From contig JAAOMT010000617.1 in assembly GCA_016748015.1 (NCBI GenBank), positions 442,635-506,634 of the forward strand: a stretch of 64,000 nt of DNA, written 5' to 3'. The notes beneath the pieces were generated by a model. It was not told where the DNA came from. It did no database searches and saw nothing but the letters and a program-made list of their open reading frames with translations. Below, piece after piece: positions 1 to 11,500 of this stretch. Origin of the DNA: Geosiphon pyriformis uo1 (taxonomy: Eukaryota; Fungi; Glomeromycota). Position 1 is the first letter of the stretch, and each line of letters begins with the position of its first letter. A program made the translations under genes and the position numbers.

Positions 1-206
1 TTCTAACTTCTGAAATGTTGTAGTTTCCAAAAAAATAATTGTTGATGCGATTTTCAATATATTGGTATACTGATTTCTTGACAACTTCAATTCCGTCTAA
101 AATGTTGAATCTTTGCTTGCAGCGGGTGTAAATTGACTGATGATACTTTAGAGTTGTTGTGTCTGGTGTGATCGCCACTTTGAATTTGTTGCTGTGTTAT
201 TTCTGT

Positions 207-218
207 GGGAGAGCACCA
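207..218 (-). promoter_or_regulatory. Primer-binding site (sense TGGTGCTCTCCC)
   Basis: TGG-starting motif 2 nt after the LTR end. Same motif at 25732-25743, 56012-56023, 32732-32748, 35104-35113. Confidence 0.9.
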
Positions 219-220
219 AA

Positions 221-1234
221 TGTTACTGGAGGTTTTTTGGTCTCTTTTTTTGAATGTTATAAATGTCTGTTGGTTGCAAATTCACATTTTCTAGAAGTAG
301 TTGAACCTCCAATAACTGAATTTATTTTCAAATTATCTTCTATAATTTGAACTAGCTGGGCTTATAAGTGGAATGGCCAATTTCTTGCCAGTTACTTTAT
401 GTAGTTACATTGTAGTAAATGTCAACTCTTTCCCAGGAATTGTTCATCTGGAAGCTCACAAAAAATGTGTAGTTACTTTGCTGTGAAAGTCAACACTTCT
501 ACAGAAATCTCATCTGTAGACTACCCTAATGATTTTAATAAAAAAAATAAAAGAAAAATAAAAAAAATGTAAAAGAAATAGAATTTTGTCAAGGGAAACG
601 TTTTTTATCCAGGCCTGGAGTTACTAACAGTTTACTGAAATTGGTAGCTAATCAATTTCAAAACGTTAGTTGGGTTTTGGGGATTTTCCAAGTGCAATAA
701 TTAAAGAATTTGGTTTTTTAAATTATTTGATATTTATTTCTTTTTATGTATATAAGAATGGTTCTAAGTGATAAATCTAAAGTAAGATACATTTTCTTAA
801 AAAGAAAAGCTCTTCTTTTATACAACTTGTTGTAGTACTAGTCTATGAACTTGCACTTTTTTTCTTTGCTCAAATTTTGGCGAACTAAAGATACATTTTG
901 ATGGACTACAAGTTATTTCACTGAACTATTGATTAATTTGGGTGAACTATTCATAATTTCGGTGAATTTCTATAAATTTCAGCAAATTTCTTATAAATTT
1001 CAGCAAATTTCTGTAAATTTTGGTGAATTTTTGAATGTTACAAAGTTCAAGATATTGTGTAATTTGATTATCCTACTTTTTGTTATACTAATTGGATTAT
1101 TTAATTAAATCATGATATGTGATAATTGATTAAATAATAAATGATAATTTGAAATGATATTAATATATTAATTAATTATAGGAATTATAAGGGTAATTTC
1201 ATGCTAATTAATAGCTAAAATTTTACTGGTAACA
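221..1234 (-). repeat. Family A 5' LTR (1014 bp)
   Basis: TGTTAC...GTAACA termini. Homologous to 19129-20087, 25746-26704, 47429-47922, 56026-57001. Confidence 0.95.
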
Positions 1235-1258
1235 ATGTGACAAAGACAACCAAGAAAA

Positions 1259-1894
1259 ATGGAAATACCAGAGCATATTTACACCATAGTTTAATAATTA
1301 TTCCAGGCCTTAAGTCAACAACCTTTAGACATGAAAATTATTATTAACAACCAAACAATTTGCTATCAAAACACCAAAAAAAAAACAAAGAATACACCAT
1401 ATCAGCAGTTACTAAAGAATGATAAAAACTGGTCAAACAACATAATAGAAAAAGTAAAAAACACTTTTGAGAAAATACTTATTATGGCACCAACAGAAAA
1501 ACTTACAAATGAGAATTGGAAGCAATAGACAGAACAACTTTTAATATCATACTGTTACTATCAGCTAGGTCGAAAGTTAAATATTCAGAAGTTGTATATT
1601 GACAAATCCAAGAGAATATTTAACCAAAACATAATACAGCAAATTGAAGAATTTATTGAGAAAAAAACAAACTTGACACTACATGTGAGAACAATTTATC
1701 AACTGCACAACATATTTCAGAACTATCCAGAAATACTGTTACAGTCTGACATGGAAACCATAACCATTAACTAATGGGGAAGAATGAACAATACACAAGT
1801 AGAAGATGTAAAGAACAGAGTCAAATAAACAATACTTGAAAAAAAAGTATTAGAGCTAATTCAGAATAAAGATTTTGATAGAGCTCAATATTAA
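1259..1894 (+). pseudogene. ORF3 of family B (211-aa unknown protein), premature stops
   Basis: 636 nt from ATG to TAA, same length as 6065-6700 and 15860-16495. ORF-track pieces 1331-1528 and 1592-1774 are in this frame. Confidence 0.85.
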
Positions 1895-1905
1895 AAAAGA
1901 GGAGA
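1893..1905 (+). promoter_or_regulatory. Polypurine tract
   Basis: AAAAAAGAGGAGA, 3 nt before the LTR TG. Confidence 0.88.
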
Positions 1906-1908
1906 TAA

Positions 1909-2759
1909 TGTTACTCATAAAAAAAAAACAAATATAGGGAGAATAGTAGACCAATGAGTGAATAGTATGTAGCACGTGAACATATTGCTCAACAATATAG
2001 AGCAATGTCTAAAATCATGGCATATTGTTCAGCAATATGGAGCAATGTCAGAAAATTAGAGCACATCACTCAGCAATGTAAACATTGCTCAAGAAATCAT
2101 AACACATCACTTGGAAATGTAAGTGATCTCATAGAACATTAATTATGTATATATAGTGGTAGTATTAGAAGTAGAAAAAGCAGAATTCTTTAGTTAGAAA
2201 TCTTCTATCCACAAATATTAAATAAATAAATCATCTACTATCCAAATTCACTCTCCACTATCAACATAAAATGTTGATAGTAATTGATACTTAACTACAC
2301 TGGAACAATAGCTCTTAATCACGGCTATTGACAAGATACTAATTTGCACATTGCCTTGGCTTCTTTCTTTATTTTCTTTTATTTTTCTTTCATTTTTTGA
2401 TTTTTTTTGTTGAATACTAACTGATTAAGGATTAAAGTACTGAGTAATTAACGTCACAAATAGTCTGGTAAAAGACCCAGAAATAAGGGTAAAATTATAT
2501 ATATATTATCAGATAGCTTACCAGAAGGGCACAAATGCCAGAATAAATCCAGCCACTAAGCTGAAAAAAAAATTGGAAAAACAACTTAAGAATACAACCA
2601 CTATTAATCTTAAAAGATCTCTGTCTATTATACAAAAGACTCAACTCTAAAACCTTCAGATACAACTAACATACCAGTATTACCAGTATCATCAAGATAT
2701 TGAGCACCAAGTTATAGATTTGTTATTTAATTTGAGACCCCAAATAATCATCTGTAACA
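1909..2759 (+). repeat. Family B 3' LTR (851 bp)
   Basis: TGTTAC...GTAACA termini. Homologous to 6714-7605. Confidence 0.95.
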
Positions 2760-4598
2760 ATAGATAGAATAGATATACCAGTTAATATGGCAGAGAAAGA
2801 AATTGTTGACAAAGAAAAAATTATCTCAACCTATTAAACAATTTCCATTCCACCATATGACCAGTATATATTAGTCATAAAAAGGAAAGTAAGGGATCAA
2901 GCTCAATTGTTTGAAGCAGAAGCCACTATTTGTGAATCAGGCGAGATTGGACTCACCAATCTCTACATATCAGCCAAAAGCCCCAAAAACATCAAAATTC
3001 TCATTTATAATACAACTGGAAAAGTCATCAAAATACCAAAAGGAATTATCATTGAATATTTAACCACCAAAGTTGAGGATCAACCACCAAACCACATTCC
3101 AAATTTTCTACAGCTTTGCAGATATGTGGACATTACATCACAAATCATCTATAGAAGAAGTGAATATTATCTCCTCCAACCAGAACAATTGGAACAGATG
3201 AATATAGGAAATTTAGATCCACTTCAACAGATACAACTCAAGATATTACTCAACAATTTCAATAACATCTTTTCTAGTGAAAATGAATTTGGCCAAACCA
3301 ACATCATCCAGCATTAGATCAAGACTGAAAATGCAATGCCAATTAAACAAAGAGCATACAGAGTACCATCAGCTAGCCATGAGATTATTTGTCAAGAAAT
3401 TAACCAAATGCTTGACAATGGATTAATTCAGCCATCAATGAATCTATGGTCATCACCAGTGGTACTGGTCCATAAGAAAAATGTGAAAATCCGTTTTTGT
3501 ATAGACTACTAGAAACTGAATGGAGTAACAAAAGATGATAGCTATTTAACTCCAAAAATCCAAGAACTATTCGATGCTTTTGGAGGAAATAAATGGTTCT
3601 TAACACTAGATTTAAATAGTAGTTACTGACAAGTAGCCATGGATCCAGCCAACAAAGAAAAAACAGCATTCACCACAAAAGAAAGAAATTTTGAGTTTGA
3701 AGTTATGCCATTTGGCTTGATAAATGCTCCAGCAACATTCCAACAGCTTATGGAAATTGTCTATACTGAATTACTATGAAAATCAGTAGTCATATACTTA
3801 GATGACACCAATGTGTTCTTAAAAACATTTAATAATTATCTGCATTATCTCCAACAAGTGTTTGAAAGATTAAGAAGAACAGAATTAAAACTAAACGCAA
3901 CTAAATGTTTCTTTGGAAAAACTGAACTCAAGTTTTTGGGACATATAATGAGCAAAAATGAAATCAAAACAAATCCAGACAAAATTAAAGTAGTTAAGAA
4001 CTTTCCAGTACCAACTAACTTGACAAAACTAAGAGCATTTTTAGGTTTTGTAGGCTATTATTGCCATTTTATCAAAGACTTTTCAAAACTGGCTCAGTCT
4101 TTTCACTATCTACAGACCAAAAATGTGAAGTATAAATGGACCAAAGCTCAACAAGAAGCATTTGACACATTAAGAAAAAAGCTTATCTAAGCTCCAGTAT
4201 TAATATATCCAGATCACAGCAAACCATTCATAATCACCACCGATGCATCAGGTCAAGCATTGGAAACAGTACTATCACAGAAAAGATCAAATAGAAGAGA
4301 ACATCCAGTAGCTTACACCAGTAGAAACTTAAGTTCAGCTGAGAAAAACTATAGAACTCCAGCACTAGAACACTTAGCTATCTATTAGGCTGTTATTAAA
4401 TGGAAAGAATATTTGAGTCAAAAGTTTGAAGTGTATACTAATCACAAAAGATTGACTTCAATCCAGAAACAAGATTTTGCAAACAATTGCTATGCCAGAT
4501 GGAAAATAGAACTTTCACTATTTAATTATATAATACATTATAAAAAGGGAAAACACAATAGAAATGCTGATGGACTGTCATAAATGAAACAAATCTAA
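2760..4598 (+). pseudogene. pol: Decayed post-dUTPase region, reverse transcriptase and RNase H
   Basis: MPFGL.NAP, YLDD (~3795), FLGH, TDAS, VYTNHK motifs; ends MKQI-stop. Confidence 0.95.
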
Positions 4599-4627
4599 AA
4601 ACATTCCAACAAAAAATATAACAAAAA

Positions 4628-6004
4628 ATGAATATACAAAAATACCAACAACTTTAATATTATATAAATACCCAATTGTTCAAGAAGAAATTATCTCAAA
4701 AAAAACAAAGGAACATAAAACAACAATCAAAAAATTTTATCAACTATCAAAATATACTTTACTGGAAGAACAGAAGAAATTCAGATCAACCAACTAGAGT
4801 AATCACAGAACCAGAGAAAGAGACAATATTATTCAACATGCACTCAAACCCAACAGCAGGACATTTTTATAAAGAAACAACCATAGAAAGAATCAAAAAG
4901 AGATATTATTGGCCATTAATGTATCCAGACATTATTCAATATGTTCAGAATTGTGATGCTTGTCAGAAAAGAGGTGGAACAAGACCAAGTAAACCATTAA
5001 AACCAATCAAAGTAGAACAACCATTCGATCACATTGGAATTGACTTAGTCAGACCATTAACAATTACCAGCAGAGGCAACAGATATATTGCAGTAGCCAT
5101 GAATTATCTCACAAAATAGTCAGAAGCAAAAGCCATTCAAAGAGCAGATGCAGAATCTATTGCCAAATTTGTTCATCAAGATTTGATATGTCAACATGGA
5201 TATCCAAAAAAACTACTATCAGATCAAGAAACTCATTTTGTGAATAGAACATATACAGAATTAAGTCAAAGATTTGGGATAAAAAGACCATTATTATCAC
5301 CATATTATCCATAAACAAATGGACTAGTCGAAAAGTTTAACAGAACACTGTGTAAAGCAATCGCCAAAATCAGTTAAGAAAACCAAAATAAATGAGATTT
5401 GTTTATACTATCAGTATTATTTGCTTATTGGACAATGTGACAAGATACTACACAAGCAACACCATTTGAATTGGTATATGGTAGGACAGCAATATTACCA
5501 GTTAAGAGAAAGATCAGCACATATCTAACAAAACCAATAACAAAAGCTAATTTCCAAAAAACATTGTTAAAAAGAACATATGACCTAATGGAAACACTAA
5601 AAAACAGATGATGAAAAGCAGCTGATAACATCCAAAAGTCACATGAAAAACAAAAAAAAAGACATGATAATTAACTACCAAACAAACCAGTTAAATTCAA
5701 GATTGGAGACAAAATACTTTTATATCATACCAAAGCAAAAAAACAATAAAGTAAAAAATTTGATCTCAAATGGGATGAACCATTTCACATACAAAAAATT
5801 CTTTAAAATAAAGCTTATAAACTAAGATGGAACAACAAAATTTTAGCCAAAGCAGCACATGATGATTGACTGAAACCATATTACCAAATAGCATCATCAT
5901 CCACCAATAACATTCCACAATTAGGAGTACAATAAATACTGGTTTAATCAGATGAGATTCCATGAGATCTGGAACCAATCATAATCATTGAACCAAACAC
6001 ATAA
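4628..6004 (+). pseudogene. Decayed DDE integrase in its own ORF
   Basis: ATG at 4628. HHCC (H..PTAGH, CDAC), GIDL, SDQ.THF, NGLVE, GPY/F-like tail; 1377 nt. Confidence 0.92.
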
Positions 6005-6064
6005 AATCAAACAATAAAAGAGTATATAAAAACACAGTATACGCAATAAAGGCAACCAAGAAAA

Positions 6065-6700
6065 ATGGAAATACCAGAGCATATTCATGCCATAGTTCAA
6101 TAATTATTCCAGGCCTTAAATCAACAACCTTTAAACATGGAAATTATTGTTAACAACCAAACAATTTGCTATCGAAACACCAAAAGAAAGACAAAAAATA
6201 CACCATATTAGCGGTTACTAAAGAATAATAAAAACTGGTCAAACAATATAATAGAAAAAGTAAAAAACACTTTTGAAAAAATACCAATTATGGCACCAAC
6301 AAAAGAACTTACAAAAAAGAATTGGAAACAATGAACAAAACAACTTCCAATATTATACTGTTACTACTAGTTAGATTGAAAGTTAAATATTCAGGAGTTG
6401 TATATTGACAAATCTAAGAAAATATTCAACCAAGACATAATACAACAAATTGAAGAATTTATTGGAAAGAAAACAAATTCAACACTACATGTTAAAACAA
6501 TGTACTAACTACACAACATATTTTGGAACTACTCAGAAATACTGTTACACTCTGAAATAGAAACCATAACCATTAACCAATGGGGAAGAATGAACAATAC
6601 ACAAGTAAAAAACATAAAAAACAGAGTCGAACAAACAATACTTGAAAAAGAAGTATTAGAATTAATTCAAAACAAAGATTTTGACAGAGCTCAATATTAA
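6065..6700 (+). pseudogene. ORF3 of family B
   Basis: 636 nt, MEIPEHIH...DFDRAQY-stop; the stop abuts the PPT (6699-6710). Confidence 0.85.
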
Positions 6701-6713
6701 AAAAAGGAGATAA

Positions 6714-7605
6714 TGTTACTTATAAAAAAAAAGAAAAACAGATATAGAAAATAGTAGACCAATAAGAGAATAGTATTTAACATATGAGCACATTGCTCAG
6801 CAATGTGAAGCAATGTCAAAAATCATGGCACATTGCTCAACAATATGGAGCAATATCAGAAAGCATGGTATATTGCTCAGGAATATGGAGCGATGTTAGA
6901 AAATTAGGGCACATTATTCAGCAATATGAGCATTGCTCAAGAAATTATAGCACATTGCTCAAGAATATGAGTGATCTCGTAGAACATCAATTATGTATAT
7001 ATAGTGGTAGTGTTAGAAGTAGAAAGAGCAGAATCTCTAGTTAGAAAATCTTCCATCCACAAAAATATTAAATAAATAAATCATCTACTATCCAAATTCA
7101 CTCTTCACTATCAACATTTTATGTTGATAGTAATTGATACTTAACTATGTTGGAACAATAGCTCTTAATCATGGCTATTGATGAGATACTAACTTGCACA
7201 TTACCTTGGCTCATTTTTTTATTTTTTTTTATTTTTTTCTTTCTTTGATTTTTCTTGTTAAATACTAACTGATTAAGAATTAAAGTGCTGAGAAATTGAT
7301 GTCATGGATAGTCTGGTAAAAGATCCAGAAATAAGAGTAAAATTATATATATATTAATAGATAGCTTACCAGAAGGGCACAAATGCCAGAATAAATCCGG
7401 CCACTAAGCTGAAGACAAAAATTGAGAACACAACTCACCAACCAACTACATTGTCATTAAATTTCTGTCCATTATACAAAGAACTCCACTCTAAAAAACC
7501 TTTAGATACAACCAACATGCCAGTAATATCAGTATTGTCAAAATATTGAGCACCAAGTTACAGATTTGTTATTTGATTTGAAATCCCAAATAATCATCTG
7601 TAACA
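6714..7605 (+). repeat. Family B 3' LTR (892 bp)
   Basis: TGTTAC...GTAACA termini, preceded by the PPT. Confidence 0.95.
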
Positions 7606-7831
7606 CCAGTTTTTTGGTTAGTTTTGTAGTTACTGGTATGGTGTATTTTTTTTTTTGCTTGGTGTTTTGATAGCAAATTGTTTGGTAGTTGATAATAATT
7701 TTTATGTTCAATTGTTGTTGATTTAAGGCCTAAAATAATTGTTGAGCTAAGGTATGGATATAATTTAGTATTTCTATTTTTTTTGGTTTTTTTATTATGT
7801 ATATCATGTCCTTATATACTCTTTTGGTTAA

Positions 7832-9212
7832 TTAATTTGATGTATTTGAATCAATAATTATAATTGGTTTCAGATCTTGTGGAATCTCATTTGGTTGGAC
7901 TAGTATTTATTATACTTCTAGTTGTGAAATATTATTAATAGATAATAATGCTATATTGTAATATAGTTTTAGTCAATTTCTATGTACTGCTTTGATTATA
8001 ATTTTGTTGTTTCATCTTAATTTATAAGTTCTATTTTCTAGAATTTTTTCTATGTAAAATGAGCCATTCCATTTGGAGTCAAATTTTCCACTCCATTGTT
8101 TTTCTGCTTTGGTATAATATAAAAGTACTTTGTCTCCAATTCTAAATTCAACTGGTTTATCTGGTAATTGGTTATCATGTCATTTTTTTTGTTTTTTTTG
8201 TAATTTTTAAATGTTATTAGCTGCTTTTTGTCTTTTGTTTTTCAATGTTTCTATTAGTTTGTACATTTTTCTGAGCAATGTTTTTTGGAAGTTGGCTTCT
8301 GTTATTGGTTTAGTTGAATATGTATTGACTTTTATCTCAACTGGTAAAGTTACTGTTTTACCATAAACAAGTTCAAATGGTATTGCTTGTGTAGTATTTT
8401 GCTTTATTGTCTAATAAGCAAATAGTATTAATGATATAAACAAATTCTATTTGTCCTGGTTTTTTTGGCTGATTTTGGAAATTGTTTTACACAATGTTCT
8501 GTTAAACTTTTCCACTAAACTATTTGTTTATAAATGATATGATAATAATAATAGTCTTTTAATTCTAAATTTTTGGCTTAATTCTGCTAATGTTCTGTTT
8601 ACAAAGTGAGTTTCTTGATCTGATAGCAATATTTTTGAGCATCTGTGTTGACAAATCAAATCTTGGTAAACAAATTTGGCTATAGATTCTGCATCTGCTC
8701 TTTGAATTGCTTTTGCTTCTGGCCATTTTGTGAAATAATCTATGACTACTGCTATATAATAATTGTTTCTACTGGTTATTGTTAATGATTTGATTAAGTC
8801 AATTCCAATTCTATCAAATGGTTGTTCTACTTTAATTGGTCTTAGTGGTTTACTAAGTCTTGTTCCTTTTTTTTTGACAAGCATTACAATTTTGAACATA
8901 TTAAATGATGTCTGGATATATTGATGGCCAATAATATTTCTTTCTGGTTTTTTCTATAGTTGCTTCTTTATGAAAATATCCTGCTGTTGGATCTGAATAC
9001 ATGTTATATAGTATTGTTTCTTTTTCTGGTTTCATGATTACTCTAAGTAGTTAATCTGAATTCTTTTTGTTTTTTTAATATAGTATATTTTAGTGAATAA
9101 TAAAATATTTGGATTGTTGTTTAATATTGTTTTATTCCTCTCGAGATAATTTTTCTTGGAACTGTTGAGTATTAATATAATGTTGGAGTTATTGATATTT
9201 TTGTGTATTTAT
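7832..9212 (-). pseudogene. Decayed integrase ORF of B3
   Basis: ORF 8528-8899 has GIDL, TKWPEA, SDQETHF. Start codon decayed to ATA at 9212. Confidence 0.9.
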
Positions 9213-11074
9213 CTTTTGTTATATTTTTAGGTCAAAATATTCTTAAATTTGTTTTATTTGTAACAAACTGTCAGCATTTCCATTTTCTTTTTTCTTTTTA
9301 TAATATATGATATATTTGAATAATAAAAGTTTTATTTTCTATCTTGCATAACAATCATTTCCAAATTTTTGCTTTTGGATTAATGTCAATCCTTTGTGAT
9401 CAGTGTATATGTCAAATTTCTGACTTAAGTATTCTTTTTATTTTATTACTGCCCAATAGATAGCTAAGTGTTCTAGTGCTAGTGTTCTATAGTTTTTTTC
9501 AGCTGGATTTAAGCTGTGACTAGCATATGCTATTGGATGTTCTTTTCTATCTGGTTTTTTCTAAAATAATACTGCTTCTAATGCTTGATTTGATGCATTA
9601 ATGGTAATGATAAATGGCTTGCTGTAATCTGAATAGATTAATACTAATACTTGAATAAGTTTTTTTCTTAAAGTATCAAAAGCTTTTTGCTGTTTTTCAG
9701 TCTATTTATATTTTACATTCTTGGCTTGAAATTGGTGAAGTAGCTAAGCCAGTTTGAAGAAGTTCTGGATAAAGCAGTAGTAATATCCAGCGAATTTCAA
9801 GAATACTTATAGTTCTGTCAAATTTGTTGGTACCAGAAAGTTTTTGACAGTCTTAATTTTGTCTGGATCTGTTTTGATATTGTCTTTACTTATTACATAT
9901 TTTAAAAATTTCAATTTCATTTTGCTAAAAAAGCACTTAGTTGCATTTTATTTTAATTCTACTCTTTTCAACCTCTTGAACACTTGCTGAATGCAAATAA
10001 TCATCAAATATTTTTAAGAACATATTGGTGTTATTTAAATATATAACTACTGATTTCCATAACAGTCTGGTATAAACAATTTTCATAAGCCATTGAAATA
10101 TGACTGGAGTATTGGTTAAGCCAAATAGCATGACTTCAAATTCGAAATTTCTTTCTTTAGTAGTGAATGTAGTTTTTTTTTATTAGCTGAATTTATGGCT
10201 ACTTGCCAGTAAACATTATCCAAGTTTAATATGGAGAACCATTTTTTTCCTCCAAATGTATTGAATAATTTTTGAATTCATAAAATAGAGTAGCTGTCTC
10301 TACAAGTTACACTATTGAGTTTTCTATAATCTACACAAAAACAGATTTTTCTATTCTTCTTATGAACTAGTACCATTGATGATGACCATGAACTTATTAA
10401 TAATTAAATTAACCCATTGTTTAACATTTGGTTGATCTTCTGTTAAATGATTTCATGGCTTGCTGGTGGTACTCTGTATGTTTTTTGTTTAATTGGCATT
10501 GCATCTTTAGTCTTGATCTGATGCTGGATGATATCAGTTCTACCAAATTTGTTTTTACTTGTAAAGATATTAGTAAAATTGTTGAATAACATTTTGAGTT
10601 GCATTTATTGAAATGGGTTTAGATTTCCCAAGTTTATTTGTTCTAATTGTTCTGATTGGAGCAAATAACATTCTTTTTATTCATATATTGTTTGTGATAT
10701 AATATCCACATATCTACACAATTGTGGAAAATCTGGAATAGTGTTTGGTAGTTGGTCTTCAATTTTAGTGCTTAAGTATCCAATAGTGATTCTTTTTGGT
10801 ATTTTGATGGGATCTTCAGTTGTATTGTAGATGGAAATTTTAATGTGATTATTGTTTTTGGCTAGTATATACAAATTGGTAAGTCCAATCTTTTTTGATT
10901 CACAAATTGTAGTTTCTATTTCAAAAATTTGAGTCTGATCTCTTACTTTCCTTTCAATAGTTAACATGTACTAGTCATATAATAGAATAGAAATTGGTTA
11001 ACAGATGGAGATAACTTCTCTCTTGTCAACCATCTCTTTTTCTGCCATATTAATTAGTACATTTATTCTACTTG

Positions 11075-11500
11075 TGGATCAAAATTCACTTATCTCTTTT
11101 GCTATTATTCTTAATACTTCCTTTTTTCCTATTAATACTAACTAAGCTATTTTAATTAGAGATAAGAATATTGTCTGTGCTATTTTTTCATTTGGTTCAA
11201 TAATATATTCTTTTTTTAAGTCATTTTGTAGCATTGCAATGATATTTCTTACATATTCTGCATTAATTATTCCTCCTTTTATATTAATATTTTTCTTTGC
11301 TAAACTAGATTTAGAGGCTAATTGCACTATGATTATTGCTAGAATTTTTAGTGTTATTTTCAGATCAATGCAGATGCACAAATGTGGTTCCAATTTGATG
11401 GCATTTTTCCCTAGATATTTCAAATCAAATCCTACATCAGTATTATGTGCACATTCTAGCATAATATCTTCATTATTATTACTGAACCATTTTAGTTCCT
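11075..11500 (-). pseudogene. dut: dUTPase domain within B3 pol
   Basis: VGFDL, ASKSSLA, GGIINAEY, KIAQ motifs of trimeric dUTPases. Confidence 0.9.

Larger units (their letters stand above)
1..1234 (-). mobile_element. Ty3/Gypsy family A copy A1, 5' end only (gag start, PBS, 5' LTR); continues left of window
   Basis: 1-206 matches the gag 5' region of A2 (~25520-25730) and A3 (~55805-56010). Right end sits inside family B sequence. Confidence 0.93.
1235..2759 (+). mobile_element. Ty3/Gypsy family B copy B1, 3' end (ORF3, PPT, 3' LTR)
   Basis: Collinear with 6041-7605. Interrupted on the left by A1 and inserted into B2 at the end of its dUTPase. Confidence 0.93.
2760..7605 (+). mobile_element. 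Ty3/Gypsy family B copy B2 (3' part)
   Basis: RT-RNaseH, integrase, ORF3, PPT and LTR in order. Inserted antisense into ORF3 of B3. Confidence 0.95.

Noticed and set aside
6065-6700. ORF3 as an env gene
   Set aside because: Only 211 aa, hydrophilic, with no signal peptide or transmembrane segment.
6784-7044. Repeated 85-aa ORF (also 14389-14646)
   Set aside because: Lies over the U3 tandem repeats and TATA region and is not open in the other B LTRs; by-product of the repeat.
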